From a virus (Duplodnaviria; Heunggongvirae; Uroviricota; Caudoviricetes): DNA of 64,000 bases. Both the position numbers and the translations under genes were made by a program. The DNA is taken from positions 32,001-96,000 of IMG/VR virus record IMGVR_UViG_2718218168_000001; one strand, 5' to 3'. A model generated the notes under the pieces. It had not been told where the DNA came from. It saw only the letters and a list, made by a program, of their open reading frames with translations, and ran no database searches. Shown here in pieces: positions 40,734 through 50,398 of this stretch; positions within the stretch are counted from its first letter, which is position 1; each line of letters begins with the position of its first letter.

Positions 40734-42323
40734 ATGTCTCAATATTCAATTCAACAGTCATTAGGTAATGCATCCGGCGTCGCGGTTAGCCCGATCAATG
40801 CCGATGCGACGTTATCTACCGGTGTTGCATTAAATAGCAGCTTGTGGGCTGGTATTGGCGTATTTGCGCGTGGCAAGCCGTTTACTGTTCTTGCGGTTAC
40901 TGAGTCCAATTACGAAGATGTTCTCGGCGAACCGCTGAAGCCGTCTTCCGGCCCACAGTTCGAACCAATTCGCCATGTATACGAAGCTATTCAGCAAACG
41001 TCTGGTTATGTTGTTCGCGCTGTTCCGGATGATGCGAAGTTCCCGATTATTATGTTCGATGAATCAGGCGAACCGGCTTACAGTGCGTTGCCATACGGTT
41101 CTGAAATTGAACTTGATAGTGGCGAAGCCTTTGCTATCTACGTTGATGATGGTGATCCGTGTATTTCACCTACCCGTGAGTTAACCATCGAAACGGCAAC
41201 AGCGGACAGCGCGGGTAATGAACGCTTCCTCTTAAAACTGACCCAGACGACTTCGCTCGGTGTGGTAACGACCCTGGAGACACACACTGTGTCTTTGGCG
41301 GAAGAAGCGAAAGATGACATGGGCCGCTTGTGTTATCTGCCTACGGCTCTGGAAGCCCGTTCTAAATATCTGCGCGCGGTTGTTAATGAAGAGCTGATTT
41401 CGACGGCGAAAGTAACAAACAAAAAATCGTTGGCGTTCACTGGCGGTACCAACGGCGATCAGTCGAAAATCTCCACCGAAGCCTACCTGCGTGCGGTTAA
41501 GGTGCTGAACAATGCGCCGTACATGTACACCGCTGTTCTCGGCCTGGGTTGCTATGACAATGCGGCGATCACCGCGTTAGGTAATATCTGTTCTGATCGC
41601 CTGATTGATGGCTTCTTTGATGTCAAACCGACATTGACGTACACGGAAGCGATCTCTGCTGTTGAAGATACCGGTTTACTTGGTACCGATTATGTAAGCT
41701 GTGCTGTCTATCACTTCCCGTTCTCCTGCAAAGACAAATGGACCCAATCCCGTGTTGTCTTCGGTCTGTCTGGCGCGGCGTATGCGGCGAAAGCTCGTGG
41801 CGTTAAGAAAAACTCCGATGTCGGCGGTTGGCATTACTCACCGGCTGGTGAAGAACGTGCCGTCATTGCTCGTGCATCACTTCAGCCGCTGTATCCTGAA
41901 GACACCCCGGACGAAGAAGCTATGGTCAAGGGCCGACTCAATAAAGTATCTGTAGGTACTTCGGGCCAGATGATCATCGATGATGCTTTAACTTGCTGCA
42001 CGCAGGATAACTATCTGCACTTCCAGCACGTCCCATCCCTGATGAATGCAATCAGCCGTTTCTTTGTCCAGTTAGCCCGACAGATGAAGCATAGCCCGGA
42101 CGGTATTACTGCGGTTGGCCTGACTAAAGGGATGACCAAACTTTTAGATCGCTTTGTCGCCTCCGGCGCTCTGGTGGCTCCTCGTGATCCTGATGCTGAC
42201 GGTACAGAACCGTATGTGCTGAAAGTTACGCAGGCGGAATTCGATAAATGGGAAGTAGTCTGGGCCTGCTGCCCGACTGGCGTAGCCCGTCGTATCCAGG
42301 GCGTACCGCTGCTTATTAAGTAA
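40734..42323 (+). CDS. Putative tail sheath protein (by position and size)
   Basis: 529-aa ORF after the capsid-like gene; no diagnostic motif checked. Confidence 0.4.
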   Translation: MSQYSIQQSLGNASGVAVSPINADATLSTGVALNSSLWAGIGVFARGKPFTVLAVTESNYEDVLGEPLKPSSGPQFEPIRHVYEAIQQTSGYVVRAVPDDAKFPIIMFDESGEPAYSALPYGSEIELDSGEAFAIYVDDGDPCISPTRELTIETATADSAGNERFLLKLTQTTSLGVVTTLETHTVSLAEEAKDDMGRLCYLPTALEARSKYLRAVVNEELISTAKVTNKKSLAFTGGTNGDQSKISTEAYLRAVKVLNNAPYMYTAVLGLGCYDNAAITALGNICSDRLIDGFFDVKPTLTYTEAISAVEDTGLLGTDYVSCAVYHFPFSCKDKWTQSRVVFGLSGAAYAAKARGVKKNSDVGGWHYSPAGEERAVIARASLQPLYPEDTPDEEAMVKGRLNKVSVGTSGQMIIDDALTCCTQDNYLHFQHVPSLMNAISRFFVQLARQMKHSPDGITAVGLTKGMTKLLDRFVASGALVAPRDPDADGTEPYVLKVTQAEFDKWEVVWACCPTGVARRIQGVPLLIK

Positions 42324-42332
42324 GGGAATACA

Positions 42333-43148
42333 ATGAGCAAAAACTTTTTTCAATCCGGGGCATTTTTGGGGAATGGACTGTCCCGTTTCGCTTTGAACTC
42401 TGATCCTGTGCAGCTGATGGAGTCTGCCCGAGCAAGCGCACAACCGCCAGCAGATCCGATTATTAATAATAATCCGGAACCGGCGGCACAGATTAACGAG
42501 AACGTTCCACCTGACCAGGCTCCTGAGCAAATCCTGGAAGGGAAAGAAGGTAAAGAATGGACCGTTGAACAGGCGCACCAGATGATTCTGGAAGCTGCAA
42601 ATCGAAGTGCTATGCAGAATGCGTTGAGTGATGCGGCCGACGCCGTTTTCGCCTGGGCTGATAGCGGTGATCTGACTTTCGACTCCCTTGATGGTTTCGT
42701 TCAGGCTATCGCGGGTATCTCTGACGACGACGACACCGAAGTTACAGAAGAACAGGACGATGCCTATAACGAAGCATGGGCAAATGTTGCTGACTTCCTC
42801 GCAGCATGCGGTGTAGATGATGACCTGATCGAAGCACTGGCCGACGATGAAGACGACGACGCAGCTGCTGATGTTGGTTCCGCTATCGCTGGTTTGGATA
42901 GCGACGACCGCGACGAACTGGAAGCGGCGTTCGTTGTTGCTGGAACTTCTGATGAAATGCTGACTGAAGCATTTAAGAAGGTTGTTCGTAATGGTGAGAT
43001 CAAACTCATCCGTAAACGCCTGCGTAAAAAACGTCTGACTGCGGCTCAAAAATCGGCGCTGAAAAAAGCACGCCGTAAAGCCCAGACCGGCGCGGCAAAA
43101 CTGGCCCGCAAAAAGTCAATGAAACTGCGCCGTAAGCGCCTCGGCTAA
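42333..43148 (+). CDS. Acidic protein with highly basic C-terminal tail
   Basis: 271 aa; Asp/Glu-rich core; C-terminal RKRLRKKRLTAAQKSALKKARRKAQ. Confidence 0.5.
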   Translation: MSKNFFQSGAFLGNGLSRFALNSDPVQLMESARASAQPPADPIINNNPEPAAQINENVPPDQAPEQILEGKEGKEWTVEQAHQMILEAANRSAMQNALSDAADAVFAWADSGDLTFDSLDGFVQAIAGISDDDDTEVTEEQDDAYNEAWANVADFLAACGVDDDLIEALADDEDDDAAADVGSAIAGLDSDDRDELEAAFVVAGTSDEMLTEAFKKVVRNGEIKLIRKRLRKKRLTAAQKSALKKARRKAQTGAAKLARKKSMKLRRKRLG

Positions 43149-43183
43149 AGGAGGAGGCCGGAGAACTCCGGCCTTTAACTTGA

Positions 43184-43765
43184 ATGGCACCTATACCTTA
43201 TGGGGTTTACAGCCAGGCTGACGGTGTATCGCCATTTCTGAAAGTTACTTTAACGAACTCTCAGTACCAGGTTACCGGATATATCAGCCAGGGGGCGGCA
43301 ATGAACATGGCCCAGAATTGGGAAGCACCTTTTACTGGTATGTCCATGGGTTCTGTTGCTGGTGCCTTCAGTGGTTTTGCGCAGGTTGGTACTGAAACAA
43401 CGTCGGTGGCCCGTTGGAACAGCTTAATGGTTTGGGAGGGGGGAACACCGCCGACTTTCACGCTGCCAGTAACTTTCATCGCTTTGTTTGACCCATTCAC
43501 GGAGGTTTCAGGAGCTATCGCCGCATTGTCAGCGATGATTAGCCCGGAACTTAAAGATGCCAGTATTGGTGGTCGAATCCCGGAGCGTGTGACGCTAAAC
43601 ATTGGTCGCCGGATCAACATCATTGATGTCGCTATCCAGGACATAAGTTTCGATCTCGATGCACCCAGGGACAGCAATGGGCATTTCCTGAAAAACACCG
43701 TCAACCTCCAGTTGACCGGTTCTTCGATATATAACAGCTCCGATATTGTTCGGGCGTTCCAGTAA
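43184..43765 (+). CDS. Hypothetical structural-module protein
   Basis: 193-aa ORF. Confidence 0.45.
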   Translation: MAPIPYGVYSQADGVSPFLKVTLTNSQYQVTGYISQGAAMNMAQNWEAPFTGMSMGSVAGAFSGFAQVGTETTSVARWNSLMVWEGGTPPTFTLPVTFIALFDPFTEVSGAIAALSAMISPELKDASIGGRIPERVTLNIGRRINIIDVAIQDISFDLDAPRDSNGHFLKNTVNLQLTGSSIYNSSDIVRAFQ

Positions 43766-43776
43766 AAGGATTTTAT

Positions 43777-44286
43777 ATGGGGCACAATAACACTAAGGGA
43801 AACCGTAAATTTATTAAGGGCCGCTATACTGCCAACGCGGCCAAAGGCGAACGACTGGTATCTTCTGAATTCCAGCTCACTTTTGCAGGCCATGAAGATA
43901 TCAGCGTACTGGTTCGCACGTCGCAAATTCCTGAAATGACCCGCGAGGATGTGGAGGACTATGGTCCGAATGGTGTGAAGTTCAACCAGCACGGTCCAAT
44001 CCGTAACTCCGGGGAAATCCAGGTCCAGTGCGTGGAGACTATCGAAGGCGATATTCTTCAGTTCATTAAAGATCGCATTGCGGCGAAGGACTATGTTGAT
44101 ATCACGATGGCTGCGACCCCTGAATCCAAATCTTCCGGGGTTAACGCTGTGACAAAAGCTGCTACAACAATTGAAATGTTGGACTGCAAAATCTACAGTG
44201 ATGCAATCGACTTTAGTACCGAAGATGTGACTGCCGCTGTGCGTCCGTCACTTCGTATCGTTTACAACTGGATTGAGTGGGATTAA
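43777..44286 (+). CDS. Hypothetical structural-module protein
   Basis: 169-aa ORF followed by an intrinsic terminator. Confidence 0.45.
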   Translation: MGHNNTKGNRKFIKGRYTANAAKGERLVSSEFQLTFAGHEDISVLVRTSQIPEMTREDVEDYGPNGVKFNQHGPIRNSGEIQVQCVETIEGDILQFIKDRIAAKDYVDITMAATPESKSSGVNAVTKAATTIEMLDCKIYSDAIDFSTEDVTAAVRPSLRIVYNWIEWD

Positions 44287-44305
44287 GAGTCACCCCTTGT
44301 ATTTT

Positions 44306-44330
44306 AAAGCTCCTACGGGAGCTTTTTTGT
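44306..44330 (+). terminator. Intrinsic terminator
   Basis: aagctcc-tacg-ggagctt hairpin plus TTTTTT. Confidence 0.75.
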
Positions 44331-44369
44331 GCTTAAATTATGCCGGTATAGCGAAATTTTGAGCATATT

Positions 44370-44666
44370 ATGGAAATTGATTTTTCATACTCTCCTGAAA
44401 CGATAGAACGAAGATTCGAAATAATTGGATGCAAAACTATTTCAGAGGAGCATTATTGGATTCTCTATGATGCCAATACATGGTTATGTGCCTTAGCAGA
44501 ATGTCGGCCATCGTTATGTGCAGGGGAGGGAGGACTTCGACATAAGGTGCTGGCTACACTTGAAGTGAACACGTTACGATATTGGTGTGTCGAAATACTT
44601 AGGGATAACAAAGAATTACATTTATTATTGCTGAATAAGTGTGCGCCTCTGCGCAGGAAAGCATAA
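44370..44666 (+). CDS. Hypothetical small protein (possible moron)
   Basis: 98-aa ORF after a terminator, in an AT-rich stretch. Confidence 0.35.
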   Translation: MEIDFSYSPETIERRFEIIGCKTISEEHYWILYDANTWLCALAECRPSLCAGEGGLRHKVLATLEVNTLRYWCVEILRDNKELHLLLLNKCAPLRRKA

Positions 44667-44832
44667 GAAAACCCAACCGCCATACTGGAATTATCAGAAG
44701 AATATGTGCGGAAAGTTATAGCTAGCTATTGAAAAGCTAAAGTAGATCGGTTAGATTTACCTTACTCATCTACCATGCGTAGAAAGAGCGATCGAACCCG
44801 ATACATAGCAATATGTGTCGGGTTCAGCTTTT

Positions 44833-45312
44833 TTATGTCCCAAGTGCTCTTTTTCTGCTTTGTTTGAGTGTTCTGATTTTACTGTCATAGGTTACAACAT
44901 AGGCTGTTTTGAGAAGCCAATAGTCTCTACGTGCGGATAGCACAACAACGTAGTTTTCACACTCGTTCCAGATTACCCACTCTTCAGTTGGTCCTCGTCT
45001 TTCAGACCAACATGATATATCGCAATGGTCATAATTCCTTATCATATGCGCGATCCAGCGGATCCGCTTACACCGTTCAAGATCAGGTATTCGTTCTTCT
45101 TCTATTTTTCCCTCTGATACTAAATGCCAAAATCCGAACTCTTTCCCATCATATTCCGGTGAATAACGTAATCGAACAGGGAGACCCTTAAACGTTATAT
45201 TAGAGATTAAAATATCTTCTCTAACAACATCATATACATCGTCTATATACTCTTGCCAACTTCCATTGAAGTACAATAAATCTGGCATTTGAAGCATCAG
45301 CGAGCCTCCCAC
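44833..45312 (-). CDS. Hypothetical protein, second gene of a low-GC cassette
   Basis: 159-aa ORF (start may be an internal Met); overlaps upstream gene by 16 nt; AT-rich. Confidence 0.45.
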   Translation of the reverse strand: MGGSLMLQMPDLLYFNGSWQEYIDDVYDVVREDILISNITFKGLPVRLRYSPEYDGKEFGFWHLVSEGKIEEERIPDLERCKRIRWIAHMIRNYDHCDISCWSERRGPTEEWVIWNECENYVVVLSARRDYWLLKTAYVVTYDSKIRTLKQSRKRALGT

Positions 45313-46001
45313 ACGAAAATATTAAATTTACTTTCTGTTGGAAGAGTGCTTTTTAGTAACTCCCTGTTTGTATGTGATTTTATCCTGTTTATGACTTGGA
45401 TTTTTCCCGCGTTGCTATTCATTCCTCGATGAACGTAGCCTAACGCACCAATGAAAAGATCCGTTAGCTGCAATTGTTGCACTTCATGAGATCGTATATG
45501 TTGAATTCTGTTTATCGACTCATGATTGTAATCATAGCGATCATTGTGAAGAACTCCTCTTAATTTCTCAATTTTTTCAATACCTAAAGTATCTTTTATA
45601 TCTAGGTAGATATTGTATGTGTTGTTACTTTCTATTATGTTTTTTAAGACATAAAAAAACATCTTATAATAGAAAGTATTGTGATCTTGATGGAATCGAG
45701 CATGGTCCAGTTGCTCTTTATCAGGAACAACAACACCTCTAAAGCGCAATGCTGGGTTGCTGAAGAAGTAATCTACGACCTCTAAGTAAAATTCAACTTT
45801 GGACGCAGATACTTTAGTCCACTTGATTTCGAAATCAGGTTTTAAATTGTGTTTTAATTTTAATCCCTTGATGTCTCTAGCAATTTTTTTTGTGATAGTG
45901 CCAGGACACCAAAGCGCACCCAATACCATGACTTTATTATGATCATTTAGTAGGTGACAGGATTCATCGCAGAATACATTAAATGTTCTTCGGTTCAACA
46001 T
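45297..46001 (-). CDS. DUF3800-like protein, first gene of a low-GC cassette
   Basis: 234 aa; N-terminal FNVFCDESCH resembles the DUF3800 (y)DESG start; AT-rich. Confidence 0.45.
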   Translation of the reverse strand: MLNRRTFNVFCDESCHLLNDHNKVMVLGALWCPGTITKKIARDIKGLKLKHNLKPDFEIKWTKVSASKVEFYLEVVDYFFSNPALRFRGVVVPDKEQLDHARFHQDHNTFYYKMFFYVLKNIIESNNTYNIYLDIKDTLGIEKIEKLRGVLHNDRYDYNHESINRIQHIRSHEVQQLQLTDLFIGALGYVHRGMNSNAGKIQVINRIKSHTNRELLKSTLPTESKFNIFVWEAR

Positions 46002-46152
46002 GTTAACTCCACTTATTGTTAGGTAGAATTGTCCGTTAGTTGTTTATTAATTGCAATAATGGGACGTTCTGATTTGCTAACTACGTCATCTTACCAGGAC
46101 GCCTATGAGTTTTCCTCATGGCAAACTAGAGGTGTTGAAAGTATGCATGGTT

Positions 46153-46169
46153 ATAATTAGAGCAATCTA
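46153..46169 (-). promoter_or_regulatory. C1-operator-like site between repL and the low-GC cassette
   Basis: ataattagagcaatcta; reverse complement AGATTGCTCTAATTAT. Confidence 0.45.
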
Positions 46170-47015
46170 TCACCCTCTGAATCCTACCGGTATACCCCAT
46201 TGTTCGTTATCTTTATTTTTGGCTAATACCGCATTAAGTGCTTCGTTTACCGTCATGCAATGCGGTAGATTATCGAAGTTTGATATCCAGCCAATATCAG
46301 GAGAACGCTTGTTCTTCAGGTAAGCATATTTCCGCGCTGCCGCCTCTACTTTCTGCTTGAACTCATGTTTTTGAGCGCGTTTTTTGGATAACCGCAGATT
46401 GTCAGCCTTTGCTTTTGCCTCAGCGATCCATGAAGTCAGTTTTTTGAGGCTGGTCGTTCCGGTACCGCCGGAAACTGATCTTTTTGTTTTTTTAATTTGT
46501 GACTTCTTATTCTTTATTGCCACGTCATCCTGACAGGGGGAGGGGGTATCATTTTGACATGGGGGTGTGGATAAAAAATTAAATAAAGCCAATGTCTTAG
46601 CGAGAACAGCTTTAACCTTGGTTGCCGCTGAAGAGATCTTTAATTTGCTTTCAATCAGCGCATTTTTGGCTTGTTGTGCGAAGGCCAAAAAGGATGGTGT
46701 AAACCGGTACAGGTTAGCGCGACGTTCACGGTGATCGCCGATAACAATCTCTACAGACAGAATTCCTTTGTTTACAGCTTCACGGAATGCACGAACGACG
46801 GTTGATTGGCTATAACCAGTTTCTGCCGCGATCAGGCGGTGAGGCTTGTGAATGAAGTATTCACTGGTTGTTGCCGCGAGATTTGCACATTGCGACAGGA
46901 TATGCCCGGCGCTACGGGATAGACCGGAGTGTGTTACAAAGCAGGCCAATTCATAGCCAGAAAAAGTAAAATCGCTCATCGTTATACAGCTCAGGAAAGT
47001 GACTTTAGCCAGCAT
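46170..47015 (-). CDS. repL: Lytic replication initiator RepL
   Basis: 281 aa; HTH-like YSQSTVVRAFREAVNKGIL; directly downstream of kilA. Confidence 0.7.
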   Translation of the reverse strand: MLAKVTFLSCITMSDFTFSGYELACFVTHSGLSRSAGHILSQCANLAATTSEYFIHKPHRLIAAETGYSQSTVVRAFREAVNKGILSVEIVIGDHRERRANLYRFTPSFLAFAQQAKNALIESKLKISSAATKVKAVLAKTLALFNFLSTPPCQNDTPSPCQDDVAIKNKKSQIKKTKRSVSGGTGTTSLKKLTSWIAEAKAKADNLRLSKKRAQKHEFKQKVEAAARKYAYLKNKRSPDIGWISNFDNLPHCMTVNEALNAVLAKNKDNEQWGIPVGFRG

Positions 47016-47044
47016 TACAATGCTGGTGGTTCTTACTACGTCTG

Positions 47045-47845
47045 TTAGCGCGTTGCCGCGACAGGTACCAGCACACCAGCATCAAGCAATCGCTTCATCA
47101 GCCACTGCTGACCTTTGCCGGTTATACGAGTCGTGAAAGAAATCCTGCTTCCATTGCTTGTATCGATCACGGTTTCTTTAAGGGTGAAATACCCACGGGA
47201 TATGTATTCTTGTTTGGGGACGTTCCTGCGTTCACCGGTTGCGATCAGAATTCCGTTATCACGCAACCAGGTGAAGAGATAGTTTTGGCCCAGGCCGAGC
47301 ACTTTGGCATAGTTGCCGATTAGAACCCCGCTGGCGGTAGCAACGCGTTCGGCGAATTCGACTTTAGGTGCATCCATCAGCATTTTTTGCTCCAGCCGTT
47401 GCTTTTGCTCTGCCAGGTCAGCAGCCAAACGGAGAGCTTCTGGGAGGCTCTTCGGAATAGCAGGTTGTAATCTTCCGGCTCGATAGTCGATAAATGTCTG
47501 GTTTACCTTCAGCCGAAACGCGGGAGAAATCCAGCCTGCGTACTCCACTGCGAGCAATTCATGGGCAAAAGTGCCGCCGCCACGGCCTTCGAACGAAACT
47601 ATGCAATTCTGCATAGTTTCTTTTTCAAGCTCTTCGATGAGCTGTTTGGCTGACAGCGTTCTTAGCCATTGAGCTGGCGCTTTATGGGCACCGAGTCCGC
47701 TCGCTCTGTGTAGAGCATTAAGGTTGTAACGGCCAGCGCGGTCGGTCGTAATTTCAACACCACAAATAACAGGCAGAGTGGTTGAAGGATCGACATTTTG
47801 ATGAAGGTTTGATATATTCATATCCGCATTGAATGTTTGTTGCAT
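47045..47845 (-). CDS. kilA: KilA (KilA-N plus KilAC-type C-terminal domain)
   Basis: 266 aa; C-terminal half paralogous to the ant C-terminus (KVEFAERVATASGVLIGNYAKVLG...). Confidence 0.75.
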   Translation of the reverse strand: MQQTFNADMNISNLHQNVDPSTTLPVICGVEITTDRAGRYNLNALHRASGLGAHKAPAQWLRTLSAKQLIEELEKETMQNCIVSFEGRGGGTFAHELLAVEYAGWISPAFRLKVNQTFIDYRAGRLQPAIPKSLPEALRLAADLAEQKQRLEQKMLMDAPKVEFAERVATASGVLIGNYAKVLGLGQNYLFTWLRDNGILIATGERRNVPKQEYISRGYFTLKETVIDTSNGSRISFTTRITGKGQQWLMKRLLDAGVLVPVAATR

Positions 47846-47915
47846 TTTTTCTCCAAATTTGCATCAACCTTCAATCACCAGCTCGAAATGGTGATTCTTT
47901 GCACTTAGAAAACGA

Positions 47916-47932
47916 AATTTATTAGAGCAAAT
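47916..47932 (-). promoter_or_regulatory. C1-repressor-type operator upstream of kilA-repL
   Basis: aaatttattagagcaaa; reverse complement TTTGCTCTAATAAATTT (16/17). Confidence 0.7.
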
Positions 47933-48009
47933 TTTTCTAACTCGATCCAGATCGGGTTGGACGATCTGTTCAGAAACCTGCCAGTTTGCTGGCAGGTTTT
48001 TTTCTTTTG

Positions 48010-49044
48010 TTAACCTATTGCTACTGGTTTTAACAAACCAGCATCAAGTAGCTTGCGAGTTAACCACTGCTGGCCTTTACCCGTTAATTGGGGCGTCAGC
48101 CGTATCTGGTAGCCATTTTCATCATCCAGCACCACTTCTTTCACCGTGAAATACCCGGCGTTGATGTACTGTTGGCGCGGTACGTTTTTGCGCGCACCAA
48201 AAGCCATGAGAATGCCGTTCTGGCGCAACCATGAGAAAAGGGTGTTTTGCTTAAGTCCAACGACCTTTGCAAAGTTCCCGATCAGGATTCCATTGGCCAC
48301 TGATACCCGGTCGGCAAAATCGACTTTAGGGGCTGCGGCCACCAGCTGTTGTTCCAACTGCATTTTCTGTTCTGCTAACTCGGCAGCCAGGCGTAGGGCT
48401 TCTGGTAATGTCTGGGGGATCGATGGGGTAGGGGAGTTTGCCTGCTGTAATTCTTCCAGTTTGTCGATCAGCGAACGGCGGACCGCTTTTGACTCGCGCG
48501 CGGCAACTCGCAGGGCTTGTTTGTAGGTCATTGTTATAATATCTATTTCTGCGCCGTTTTTTTGACCTACGAAAATTTCGTAGGTTTCTCCTTCAAGTTC
48601 ATCCTTAACTCTGGCAATGAAATCATTATTGCGAACTGGTTTTTCGCTACATAATTTCCGTGCCTCATTGACCATCTTCAACAATGTTTGGCTGTCGATT
48701 GTGTCTCCGATGTTGGGGATGACATTCACGGCTGGTGTTGGCGTAGCTGACGTAACAGGTGCTGGTTTTTCAATATTCAAATTTTTACCGGTCACTCTGT
48801 GTGCCTCCTTTCTCATTTCTGCTACCACTGTTGCGTAACGTAGACGTCCTTGTTCAATCAAATAATCCCTGATCTCGGCTATCAGTAGCTTGTTGATCAC
48901 AGCCTTATCTGTTCGGGTATAAAAACGTCTGGTTATCATGAAATAGTTGGCAATTGCGCCGGGGATCTCCCGTGTCGGCATACAGGTTGTATGCAGGGCG
49001 ATCGCTTCGGCTATTTCATTACGGGTGACGAGAGGTTTTTTCAT
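48010..49044 (-). CDS. ant: Antirepressor Ant (KilAC-type C-terminal domain)
   Basis: About 345 aa from MKKPLVTRNEIAEAIALHT...; start lies inside the 3' end of icd; the longer ORF-track N-terminus is probably not translated. Confidence 0.7.
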   Translation of the reverse strand: MKKPLVTRNEIAEAIALHTTCMPTREIPGAIANYFMITRRFYTRTDKAVINKLLIAEIRDYLIEQGRLRYATVVAEMRKEAHRVTGKNLNIEKPAPVTSATPTPAVNVIPNIGDTIDSQTLLKMVNEARKLCSEKPVRNNDFIARVKDELEGETYEIFVGQKNGAEIDIITMTYKQALRVAARESKAVRRSLIDKLEELQQANSPTPSIPQTLPEALRLAAELAEQKMQLEQQLVAAAPKVDFADRVSVANGILIGNFAKVVGLKQNTLFSWLRQNGILMAFGARKNVPRQQYINAGYFTVKEVVLDDENGYQIRLTPQLTGKGQQWLTRKLLDAGLLKPVAIG

Positions 49045-49261
49045 AAATCCCCTGAACGTCGGCAGAGAAGGGGAGGTTCCAGTAACTAAGTGAATTGCGC
49101 GAGTTAGTTGAAAAACGGGCAGTAAAAATGCAGGGGCCATCAGGCAATTGAGAGCGTGCTTCGTCTTCTGTTGCTGCGATGACGAAGTGATAGTGGTGTT
49201 TTTTACAGGAATAGAAACGCCAGATGAATTCTTGGTGTGCGCAAGGATTGGCATTAACCAT
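49019..49261 (-). CDS. icd: Icd-like cell-division interference protein, immunity-region copy 2
   Basis: 80 aa; QEFIWRFYSCKKHHYHFVIAATEDEARSQLPDGPCIFTARFST. Confidence 0.7.
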   Translation of the reverse strand: MVNANPCAHQEFIWRFYSCKKHHYHFVIAATEDEARSQLPDGPCIFTARFSTNSRNSLSYWNLPFSADVQGIYEKTSRHP

Positions 49262-49319
49262 AGTTACGGCCTCACAATCAGGTTTAACAACCTGCTACCC
49301 GCTGCTAAACAGGTGGCAG

Positions 49320-49410
49320 GACGTGACGGGGTTAGCAGACTGGCGATTGTGAAACCAGCAGGCCGAAGCCTCCCCATCACGCCCCACCATAATTTGGGCG
49401 TAACGCGGTT
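49320..49410 (-). ncRNA. Putative c4-like antisense RNA region (copy 2)
   Basis: GTTAGCAG (49331-49338) is complementary to CTGCTAAAC direct repeats at 49302-49310 and 49481-49489; ends not determined. Confidence 0.35.
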
Positions 49411-49577
49411 TTACGGACACAAAAATACCGCAATATCGGATATCTGCGGCTGTCCGCACAATCATTCAGGCTGCTAAACCCGGTCGCAGAATTTGCTACG
49501 ACGGCGAAACTATAAGCCTGAACGATTAAAAGGTCAATATGATGCGAAAAGATAGCATTCACGACTTAAAAATACAA

Positions 49578-49592
49578 ATTTATTAGAGCAGA
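49578..49592 (-). promoter_or_regulatory. C1-repressor-type operator upstream of c4-icd-ant
   Basis: aatttattagagcag; reverse complement CTGCTCTAATAAATT. Confidence 0.6.
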
Positions 49593-49873
49593 TGAGTGTC
49601 GTGCAATAGAAGTATTATTTGTGATGAAAAATAATGCAGAGGGATATTGTTACTTTAAGATGGATATCAATAGTCGATACATAAATTAAGTTAGCAATAA
49701 ACTATTAACTTAAGAAATAATGCAGATGGTGAACTTGTCTCTGACTTTTCAGCTATACACAATAAGTTAGGGGTTGCTTATAAAAAGTTGATTAATTGAT
49801 ATAAGTCAATGGGAGTATTCTTGTTTACTTTCCGTTCTCGTGGTAACTTCTCGCCGGTTTTTGTTTTTCTTGG

Positions 49874-50395
49874 ATGATTCTTATGTCTAAAAAGTATACT
49901 TTATGCGCTCTTGTTGTATCTGCAATTCTTCTTTCTGGGTGTCAATCTAGCGGTGCTGATTATGCTGCCGATGTTTATGATACCGCTCAATTGAATTCGA
50001 AGCAGGAAACAAAGACAGTCAATATTATCTCTGTGCTTCCAGCTAAAGTGAAAGTTGATAATAAAGCTAATAAAGAAGCGGCACAGACATTTGGTGCGGT
50101 ACTGGGAGCTGTTGCTGGGGGCGTTGCCGGTTATAATGTTAAAGGCACATCGACACTGGGTGCTGTAGCTGGCGGTACTGGTGGTGCGGCTCTTGGTGCA
50201 GCGGCTGGTTCTTTGGTTAGTGATAAAACAATTGTTGAAGGTGTTTCACTGACTTATAAAGAAGGAACTAAGGTGTTCACTTCAACTCAAGTTGGTAAAG
50301 CATGCCAGTTTACAACGGGGCTTGCTGTGCTTATTTCAACTAAAGATAATGAAACTCGAATTCAGCCAAATGCTACTTGTCCAGAAAAGAAATAA
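49874..50395 (+). CDS. Lipoprotein with glycine-zipper region
   Basis: 173 aa; lipobox LLSGC; GAVLGAVAGGVAGY...GAVAGGTGGAALGAAAGS; AT-rich. Confidence 0.6.
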   Translation: MILMSKKYTLCALVVSAILLSGCQSSGADYAADVYDTAQLNSKQETKTVNIISVLPAKVKVDNKANKEAAQTFGAVLGAVAGGVAGYNVKGTSTLGAVAGGTGGAALGAAAGSLVSDKTIVEGVSLTYKEGTKVFTSTQVGKACQFTTGLAVLISTKDNETRIQPNATCPEKK

Positions 50396-50398
50396 TTT

